A stretch of DNA of 64,000 nt from Octopus vulgaris (lineage: Eukaryota): contig OX597835.1 of NCBI GenBank assembly GCA_951406725.2, positions 42,160,001-42,224,000 of the forward strand. The letters are read 5' to 3'. The notes below the pieces were generated by a model. The model was not told the origin of the DNA, ran no database searches, and saw nothing but the letters and a program-made list of their open reading frames with translations. Numbering within the stretch: the stretch's first letter is position 1; each line of letters starts with the position of its first letter. A program made the translations under genes and the position numbers. Positions 53,801 through 64,000 of this stretch are shown here, in pieces.

Positions 53801-55404
53801 TTATTCTGTCTTTCTTTTTTTCCGAACCGCTAAGTTACGAGAACGTAAACAAACCAACGCCGGTTGTCAAGCGGTGGTGTTGGAGAAGCTCGCATTTTGG
53901 TCGGCCTGTGGTTTATAGTGGAGGACACTTGCCCAAGGTACTCCGCGGTGGGATTGAACCCAGAACCATATGATTGAGAATCAAACTTCTTACCACACAG
54001 CCCACACCTGCACCTAACACCCAACATTGTAACAAATTTGTAGTTTTTTCTAAATATCGAATGGCTACGAGGGTCCACTCTAGTAAAATGAGATTCAAAA
54101 AGCTCACCAGGTTAAAAAATGGTCAAGAACCACTGAGCCAGTCGGTTTGTTTCCCCAACTAACCCAAGAGTTTCAGAGAATTGGAGTTGCTAAATTGCAT
54201 ATCACAGGTGTTTAACCCTTTTTAGGCCGCTACTCGTTGTGCAGGGCTGGTCAGTTAGAGTTAGACTATGGCTCCTTGTGAATGTATGGCTTATTGTATT
54301 TAGACCAATACTGTCTTTTTACTCTTTTACTTGTTTCAGTCATTTGACTGTGGCCATGCTGGAGCACCGCCTTTTTAGTCGAGCATATCACTTAGTCGAC
54401 CCCAGGACTTATTCTTTGTAAGCCTAGTACTTATTCTATCGGTCACTTTTGCCGAACCGCTAAGTGACGGGGACATAAACACACCAGCATCGGTTGTCAA
54501 GCAATCTTGGGGGGACAAACAGACACACAAGCACAATATATACATATACATATATACGACGGGCTTCGTTCAGTTTCTGTCTACCAAATCCACTCACAAG
54601 TCTTTGGTCGGCCCGAGGCTATAGTAGAAGACACTTGCCCAAGGTGCCACGCAGTGGGACTGAACCCGGGACCATGTGGTTGGTAAGCAAGCTACTTACC
54701 ACACAGCTACTCCTGCGCCTATAGTCATTAAAGTATACATTTGATCAGTTATAGTCAGACCGACAGCTGTTTTTTAGGACTGGTCAGTTATTTTTAGACC
54801 AGTGGGTATTACTGTATGCATCTGGTCAGTTACAGCTAGACCGATGGCTGTTGTTTAGGACTGATCAATTATTCTTAGACCTGCGGAAATTCTTTTCTAC
54901 TCTAGGCGCAAAGCCCGAAATTTTGGGGGAATTTGCCTTGTTATATTGGTTCTCACCCTTTGTGTTCTGAGTTCAAATCCCACCATGGCCTACGTGGATG
55001 GCAGACTTTAATCCTCACTCTGTTTAACACTGCCAGCTGGCACCTTGGGTACCTTTAGTGAAGGGTTCCATTTTGTTACAGGACCTCTGGGCAGGTTTGA
55101 GGATCCCTTTCTCTTTTCTCTTTCCCCTCTCATGGAAACCAGGTAAAAGGACATGGCCCTTGTTTTTACTCAGTGTTTTATATACTGAACATTAATTCAT
55201 ACAAATGTTGGGGGAGTGACCAAAACAGATATTCATATAGTACAGTAGGTGTGGGTGTGTGGTGAGAAGTTTGTTTCCCAACCACACGGTTCCGGGTTCA
55301 GTCCCACTGCATGGCACCTTAGGCAAGTGTCTTCCACCATAGCACCTGGCCGACCAAAACCTTGTGAATGGATTTGTTAGACGAAAAATGAAAGAAGCCC
55401 GTCA

Positions 55405-55464
<60 letters not shown>

Positions 55465-56735
55465 TGTGTATGTGCGTCTTTGTTTCTGTGTTTGTCCTCC
55501 ATCACTGCTTGACAACCAGTGTTGGTGTGTTTACGACCCCGTTACCTAGCGATTTGGCAAAGGGGTCCGATGGAATAAGTACCATGCTTCAAAAAAAAAA
55601 AGTACTGGGGTCGATTTGTTCTACTAAACTCTTCAAGGCAGTGCCCCAGCATGGCCGCAATCCTGTGACTGGAACAAGCGAAAGAAATAAAAAAAAAAAT
55701 TTTTCGAAGAATCATAATGTCTGGTCTTTTAAAACAAATCTGAAAAAAGAAAGAAAATTTCAAAAGAATGTCAAAAGCGAAAAATTTTGGAATTCGGTAT
55801 AACGTGCAACCCACCCGTCCCCACCCGCACTTGTTTTAACAGCATCATAATCTCTGATGCTTAAAAGCATTCGAAGAAATTACGTTTTTTTTTCCGTGGG
55901 GTGGGGTGCAGTAGGTAATTTTCATCTCTTTAAGAACGTTTTTTTTCTTTTATCCTTCTGAAGTTGATACGGTACAATACCTGCTAAATATTGGGGGATG
56001 AGTCAATCGATTAACTCCCACCCCCCATCATGCACTATAATCCAAAGTGCACTAATCCCTCTCATGCACTATAATACAAAATGCCAGCTTCCAAATCCTG
56101 TTTTCTGATTGAGTAAAAATCAAATCTTAAACCAACCTCTGTAACATTTTTCTAAAACTTTTCTGGATGAAATGAATAACAACATCAGATTCAGCGTGAA
56201 AAACTACATCAATATCCCAAATTGTGACTTAATTTTACAATTTCAAGAAGTGTGCGCCAAACAGAAAAGATCCATCCTTTCCTTAATATTTGGTTTTGTA
56301 CAAAAGTTACCCCACAAAAGAAGACAACCTCTCCCATAATCAACTATATTCCGGGGTTTTGAAAAAAGCGGTAACCTTTCCCTATTTCACCTGTTCACTT
56401 TGAAGGTGAAATTTATATTTAGTTTCTATAATTTTTGTGTTATGAACGAATCTGAGCAGTAAAAGCGTCGAAAATCATTCGTTCTTTTGTTAAACCTGCC
56501 CCACTGCAGTTGACAGCCGAGGGCGAGGGAACGTCTGTATGCAGGATCCCAGTCTGCTAGAAATAACTGATAACCTCTCGCTAGCAACGTGTGTTCGTGT
56601 GCACAAGTAGTGAATAACTTGAATAAATTGAATACCGGAATAGCTTCGTGTCAGACGTGAGCTTTCAATTAGTCTTAACACGAAGTTTAACCTTTCAAAG
56701 ATGAGATGGGTTTAGTAGTAAAAGAATACCATCCC

Positions 56736-56789
<54 letters not shown>

Positions 56790-56790
<1 letters not shown>

Positions 56791-57343
56791 CCTTGAAGCA
56801 GTACCAGGCAGTGGCTCTCATGGCCTCTGATCTAAACTGATTGGAAGTGTTATCACGTACATTGTTTTATCTTGGTATAAAAGATGGGCTACAGCAAATA
56901 TTCTGCTCAATATCACAGATTTGCTTGTCAGTTGTTTGACCTTAACCAGTTGAGCATGTCCCTTAGTGGCTGACGATATGTGCATCTCTGATCACGAGCA
57001 GAAGTAGTGGGGGAGCATCATAGCCGTGTGTTGAGAGGGATTCTTTGGGGTTTGAATAATTCACCTCTGGAAACATGAGTGTTTCGTTCAACATCCTTAA
57101 ACAACCCTTATTCAGGGACCTTTTGAGTGGGATGGGTTACTCGACCTGAAGAAAATTCTAACTGGGCCCCACCTGCAAGGTCGTGTGCTGTTTATCTTGA
57201 TATGAGATCACCATGTCGCGCACACATGGTTGTGATGCATGTGCCTGGTGTACCCTTATCAGACAGGTAGTCATGATGGGTATACTGGGCTTCGTATATT
57301 TTACCCCAGTGTCACTTTGATGGCATGCACTGCTCTCTCACTC
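56790..57343 (-). mobile_element. About 555-bp non-autonomous element inserted in (TAA)n
   Basis: Flanked on both sides by (AAT)n. Its 5' 200 bp recur on the + strand at about 30387-30585, also directly after (ATT)n. Confidence 0.75.
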
Positions 57344-59710
57344 AATAATAATAATAATAACAATCCTTTCTAGTATAGGCACAAGGCCTGAAATTTTTGG
57401 GAAGAGAATAGTCAATTACATCGACCCCAGTGCTCTACTGGTACTTATTTTATCGATCCCGAAAGGACGAAAGGCAAAGTCGACCTCAGTGGAGATTGAA
57501 CTCAGAATGCCGCTAAGCATTTCGTATAGCGTGCTAACGATTCTGTCAGTTCGCCGCCTTAATAATAATAATAATAATAATAATGATTATTTCAAATTTT
57601 TTCCACAGGGGCAGCTTGGGGGAGGTGGGGGATGAATCGATTACATCGATCTTAGTGTTCAACTGGTGACTTATTTTATCGAACCACGAAAGGATGAAAG
57701 GCAAAGTCGTCCTCGGCGGAATTTGAACTCGGAATGTAGCAGCAGACGAAATACCGCTAAGCATTTCGCCCGGCACGCTAACGTTTCTGCCAGTTCGCCG
57801 ACGCCTTAAATAACAAACAAACAAACAAATAGTCAGACAGACAAATAAATAAATAACCCAGTAGGAGTCCATTGACAATGATAGAAACAAAATTATGTCA
57901 TCCATTATTCATGACAGATAAAGGTCAGGCGTCATTCTGAATCAGAAAATTACACGCACAACAACGGGTTTACGTCATCATATCCAGTTGTGAACACATC
58001 CTTTGAGTGTTGGTCAAGGGTGGGACCGAGTTAGCTATGTGGTAGAATAATTAATTAATCAATCTTTATGTTAATTAAATATTGGTTTCAAATTTTGGCA
58101 CAAGGCCAGTAATTGGGGGGGGGGGCACGACGATTACATCAACCCCAGTGCTCACTGGTACTTAATTTATCGACCCCGAAAGGATGAAATGCAAAGTCGA
58201 CCTCGGATCATAAAGACGGACAAAATGCCACTAAGATTTGCCCGGCCTGCTAACGATTCTTTCAGGTCGCCGCCTTACGTTGATTAAATATTGGAAAGCA
58301 AGGAGCTGGTAGAATCATTAGAGCGCCGGGAAAACGCATTTCTTCTGGCTCCTTACGTTTTGAGTTCAAATTCTGCTGAGGTCAACTTTGCCTTTCATCC
58401 TTCCGAAGGCCGATAAAATACAGTACCCGTCAAGTATTGGGGTTGATGATATTAACTGACCCTTTCCTTTCAAAATCATTGTCGAGGCCTTGTGCACAAA
58501 TCAGAAACATCAAAATATCGATCTAGTTCTGATCTCATCAGTACGCTGTAGCTAATTGTATTTTAACTTAAATACCCTTTTTGCTGTTGGCATAAGGCCT
58601 GAAATTTGTGGGGAGGAAGCTAGTCGATTATATCGATCCCGGTGCTGATCTGGTACTTAATTTATCGACCCCGAAAGGATGAAAGGCAAAGTCGACCTCA
58701 GCGGATTTTGAACTCACAACGTTGCGCCAGACGAAATACCGCTTAGTATTTTGTCCTGCGTGCTAGCGATTCTGCCAGTTTACTGCCTTTATTTAACATA
58801 GTTGTATCAATATTGAAATATTTAATCTCTAAAATAGATCTTCTAAGCTATTTCCGAGTATTTTTAAGTGTAGTTTTTAGTTTAATGAAACAGTAGGCTT
58901 GCTGTGTCATACACGAGGAATTTTGTTAAATAATTGATCTTTCGTTTAAGCTTTTGTAACAAAAAAAAAATACAACCTCCTCTTCCGATGTTATTAAGAC
59001 CCAGGTCATCTCCGATGGAAAAGAGATCTAGGATCAAAGATACTCAAGCCTTTTCCTCAGGCTTAAATGTTCCTGGGGCAACATTTTTACTTCCATTTCG
59101 TGCTTCTTTCTTTTCTTTCTCAATATATTAGAGCGAAATATGAGGGGAAATTTACTGTTGCTTCCAGCAAATTGAGTTCCCCTGTAGAATCTCCATTGCT
59201 TTCATGAAAAGTTGTGATTTATTTATTCTAGTTGTGGATGCCCTCTTTCAGTGATTTTATATTTTATCAATCTTTATGTCGTGCTTAAAGCAGACATAAC
59301 CGTTGAAAGCCTTTTAAACTACGGTATTCGTCTTGAGAAAGCATCTGTTATAGACGTTCTGTATTAAAAAGCACAGAAATAAATCAAGAGCGGCCGTGGT
59401 CTGGCTGTGGTGTGTCATTAGAATTATCGTTGTGCGTTTCCTCAAGGGGCTCTTTTGTTAAGAGCAGAAGATAAACGGTATTTCAAGAGCGTTAGGATCG
59501 TTCAACAGATACAATCAAGGATTTTGATGATAATGATAATAATTGTCACTCCCGTTGATTTCGACGTATGAGTGAAGGAAGAAAACATTTTTTAATGGGG
59601 TGGGTGAGTTAAAAACAAAAGAATTTGCAATTTCAGCCAATTTTATATCAACTTATATGTAAAACTTTGCTCTTTCTCTCAATCATTAATTTCTCTCCTT
59701 TCAACTTTTC

Positions 59711-59742
59711 CCCCGAAGAAGGACTGTGTCTGAAACGTTGGG
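59711..59742 (+). ncRNA. Minimal type I hammerhead-ribozyme-like motif (candidate)
   Basis: ccc-CGAAGA-A-GGAC-tgt-GTCT-GAAA-CGTT-ggg, folded by eye. The core deviates from CUGANGA. Confidence 0.4.
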
Positions 59743-60058
59743 TTTTCCACTCCTCACAGCAGGTTCATTGTACACTTTCTGTTGATTTTACCTACGTAAG
59801 ATAAGGCTTACTGACGCAGAACAACACCTGGCTCATTGGAGCCTGATCATATATATATAAAACTTAGATGTTTCTGCTTAAGGTTGGCTCAGGTGATGTC
59901 TAACTTAATAGCATTACTTGATGGAATCTGTTAAATCATTTTAAAGACAAGTTTTGTGATATCAAGACCCGTTAATGCAGGGAGTTGTTGAGTGAGATGT
60001 ATCCCGGTATTGGTGGTTTATCTGGTATCCCTTGAAATTTATCCAAGTACATATATAC

Positions 60059-60128
<70 letters not shown>

Positions 60129-60213
60129 CAAATTTACAGCAAACAAAAGGTGAAGACAGGTGAGAGAAAAACAAGCAGGTGTATTAGTTTAACGCTCGGG
60201 AAGAATGGAAATG

Positions 60214-60251
60214 TCTTTGACGTTTCGAGCCTACGCTTTTCGACAGAAAGA
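60214..60251 (-). ncRNA. Minimal type I hammerhead-ribozyme-like motif, variant core (candidate)
   Basis: Minus strand TCTTT-CTGTCGA-A-AAGC-gtag-GCTC-GAAA-CGTC-AAAGA. Sibling copies at 9298-9332 (-) and 5052-5081 (+). Confidence 0.5.
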
Positions 60252-60523
60252 ATTTGAGAGAGAAAAAAATGTGTAGGAATTAACAGTTCAACACCATGGT
60301 ATATGTATATTGAGCTGGAGAATGGATGTAACCATGACATACTATGATCTGAAGATCTAGCCTTCTATACCTGTATCAGCTTGAAAATTGTGCAATAGTA
60401 CTATATAATTTATAACATATTTACTAATGCAGGTAAAATAATTTATTATATAATAAAATTATTTTTCCATGATGTTGGCTGCGAAACGATCGTAATTTTA
60501 TGGGTATCAACCGGTAAATACAC

Positions 60524-60682
60524 AAAAGCCGTTCGATTCACTTCAACATTTAAGTTTAATTTGTCAAAATATTTTCGTCGCTTTAAGACCGCGACCTGTT
60601 CACTGACAAAAATCCGGTCTTAAAGCGACGAAAATATTTTGACAAATTAAACTTAAATGTTGAAGTGAATCGAACGGCTTTT
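60524..60682. repeat. Perfect 68-bp inverted repeat with 23-nt spacer
   Basis: 60524-60591 is the exact reverse complement of 60615-60682. Confidence 0.95.
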
Positions 60683-61369
60683 GGTGTGTTTCTTAAATGG
60701 CTTACAAACACCTTCCACGCTGCAATTGTTTCCGTTTCAGCACACGATCTCAGATCAAATCACTTGCTATGCAAGTACATCTCTGTAACCGGTAAATATA
60801 CCGATTTCTTTACTACCCACAAGGGGCTAAACACAGAGGGGACAAACAAGGACAGACATAGGTATTAAGTCGATTACATCGACCCCAGTGCGTAACTGGT
60901 ACTTAATTTATCGACCCCGAAAGGATGAAAGACAAAGTCGACCTCGGCGGAATTTGAACTCACAACGTAACGCACCGCCTGATTTTATCTTTCTTTTTCT
61001 TTCTCACACAAACACACGCACATAGCTTGCTGTTTTGATAGACCATGTAAATTGGTTAGCTGATACATAAAGCTAACGATGTCTGGTTAACTCAATCATA
61101 TGCCGGGCCACTTGATCTAGAAAAGCTACAACAGTGAAGTTTGTATACTTAGTAAGTAGCGAGGAGTGGACGACTGCAAACATCAGAGGCCAAGTTATTT
61201 AAGTTAGTTATAATAAACAAGTATTTTTGGTCGACGGTGTCAAATACGTTTGTAGCATAACTTGCTAATTGTCCAAAATATGTCAATATAACCTGTTAGT
61301 TGAGCAAAATATACGGAAACGATGAGGAAACAGATGTTAAACTTTTGGTTTATTTCGGCAAGCAAAGCA

Positions 61370-61450
61370 GCATGACGTACTTCCGGGGTTTGATGTCGGG
61401 CCGGAGTAAACTGATGGCGGTGTTGGAGGTGGAGCAGGGGGACGAGGCAG
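61370..61450. promoter_or_regulatory. Candidate housekeeping-type core promoter
   Basis: GC/CpG-rich patch with TGACGT (61373-61378), ACTTCCGG (ETS-like, 61379-61386) and GATGGCGG (YY1-like, 61413-61420). Confidence 0.4.
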
Positions 61451-62516
61451 AGATTTTTGTTGTTTAATATGAAAGGTTCTCTTTCTTTTGCTCTTCCTCT
61501 GTTGTTTGCTTCTCTCTTTGTTTCATCAATGATATTTGAAAAAGAAAAAGATATCGAATCGCAAAAAATATAAATACCCACATTTCACATAGGCGCCAGG
61601 AGTGGCTGTGTGGTAAGTAGCTTGCTTATGAACCACATGGTTCCGGGTTCAATCCCACTGCGTGGCACTTTGAGCAAGTGTCTGCTACTATAAATTCGGG
61701 TCGACCAAAGCCTTGTGAGTGGATTTGGTAGACAGAAACTGAAAGAAGCCTGCCGTATATATATGTATGTGTGTGTATGTTTGAGTCTGTGTTTGTCCCT
61801 CCAGCATCGCTTGACAACCGATGCTGGTGTGTTTACGTCCCCGTAACATAGCGGTTCGACAAAAGAGACCGATTGAATAGGTACTAGGCTTACAAAGAAC
61901 AAGTTCTGGGGTCGATTTGCTCGACTAAAGGCGGTGCTCCAGCGTGGCCGCAGTCAAATAAATATACTCACGCTCACACACACACAAACCATACTCGCGT
62001 ACGCGCGCGCACACACACATACCGTACCATGCACACAGACACGGACACGTATGCACACACACACTACCATGCACACACTCACGTATGTAAGTATACATAA
62101 TTATGTGTATGTGTGTGTGTGTGTGTGTGTGTATACATATATATATATATATATACATACACATAAACCCACTCACAAACATATACATATCAACACTAAC
62201 ACACACACACACACACAAATCTACATAAATATGCACATAAATGTGCACACACAAACACACTAACAACAGACGTGAATATACATAAACACACACACACACA
62301 CACACCTTGCATTCTTCCATTAAACCAAGCCTTGGTTCTCATAAGTATTTCGTAGATAAATGTTTTCATTTTCGAATACAACTTGTTCTTCTGTTTGCAA
62401 AAGTCGCTCAGACATCAGTCAGTCCACTCACACACACCTCCGCCAAAGCACTCCCCCTACATCAAACAATTATCTATAATTAACAAAATATTCAAATATT
62501 TGTTAATGAAAACTCG

Positions 62517-62585
<69 letters not shown>

Positions 62586-63010
62586 TGTATATCGCATTGC
62601 ATATTTGAACAGTAAGCTCGTTGGCTCGCCTTAGCTTCTTTCTCTCTCTCTCTCTTATTTTTTTCTGATTATTTTTCTTCTCCTCTTAATATTGGTGGCT
62701 ACTTCAGTATATCTTAAAAGTGCTTGCTTCCTCTCAATTTCCTCAACAGTCAGCTGGCTTTACAAAATGACTCAGCTATCAAACTTGAGTAATCATGACG
62801 ATGTTAGCAATGGTGATGATGATGATGATGATGATGATGGTGATGGTGGTGATGATGATGATGGTGGTGGTGGTGGTGGTGATGATGATGATGTTTTCTG
62901 TACAAATTTCACTTTATGCTTGTTCAGTAAAAGTCTTAAATAAAACTAGTGTCATGTTTCTGTTTACACCCACCCCCGCTCTCTTTCCGTCTCGTGCGCG
63001 CGCGCGTGTA

Positions 63011-63049
<39 letters not shown>

Positions 63050-63354
63050 GTACATGTGTGTGTGTATGTATATATATATATGTATATGTGTGTGTGTGTA
63101 TAGATGATGTATGCATGTATCTGGGTACGTCTAATGTATATATATTTATACAGTATAATATATATATATATATGTATGTGTATGTATATATATATATATG
63201 TGTGTATATATATGTGTATGTATATATATGTGTGTGTGTGTGTTTATATATGTATTTATATGTATATAGGAGAGAAATAACAAAAAGAAAAGACGAAGAC
63301 AGGTGGTGTAGACAACAGATGTACATATGTATGTTTATATATGTAGTTATATAC

Positions 63355-63387
<33 letters not shown>

Positions 63388-64000
63388 TATATGTGTATCT
63401 GTATACGTATATATCTAAGTACACACATTGTTTCACTTTCTCTTTCTCCAATTCTTTTCTTCTTTCAATATTTGCCAAAACACTAAACCTCACCACAACA
63501 ATAACTCCTTTCTCTTCGAAAATATCTTTCGGCCAAGTTTCGTAATAGCTGTTACTTCCTCCTGGGAAAGGAAAATGGCAAAGTATCGTGGGTGGGGACA
63601 GAGTTTACTTTCTCTCTCCTTTTTTCTTCACTTTTTTATGTATTTATTTTAAATTTAATTTATATATATATATACGTGGTAAGTAGCTTGCTTACCAACC
63701 ACATGGTTCCGAGTTCAGTCCCACTGCGTGGCACCTTGACCAAATGGCTTCCACTATAGCCATGGGAGTGGATTTGGTAGACGGAAACTGAAAGAAGCCC
63801 GTCGTGTGTGTGTTTGTGTTTGTCCCCGTAACTTAGGGGCTTGGCAAAAGAGACTGATACTATAAGTACCAGGCTTACAAAGAATAAGTCCTGAGGTCAA
63901 TTTGTTCGATTAAAAGGTAGTACTCCAGTATGGCCGCAGCCAAATGACTGAAACAAATAAAAATAGTTTTTATTTCTCTGTTTCATACAACAGAGATTAC

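Overview
AT-rich, microsatellite-saturated animal genomic DNA. The SINE families and repeat landscape suggest an octopod/coleoid cephalopod, but this is an inference. One protein-coding gene is supportable: eight short, phase-compatible GT-AG exons on the + strand (7880-42056) splice into the spectrin-repeat/SH3 part of a plakin domain (plectin/desmoplakin/dystonin/Shot superfamily), in a strongly diverged form. No supplied ORF represents it as a gene. The rest is mostly mobile DNA: two full-length decayed Tc1 elements (one with IR/DR ends), mariner and other IS630-Tc1-mariner remnants, an internally deleted Helitron with both termini, several MITE families, R4/Dong-type and RTE-type LINE remnants, dozens of tRNA-derived SINEs, a 39-bp minisatellite and many simple repeats. 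Nearly all supplied ORFs are artefacts of these repeats. The most unusual signals are: short dispersed repeats carrying minimal hammerhead-ribozyme-like folds with variant cores (Penelope-like); several foldback structures; a (TAA)n-embedded non-autonomous element; and a candidate promoter near 61.4 kb. I found no evidence for a wholly new biological system.
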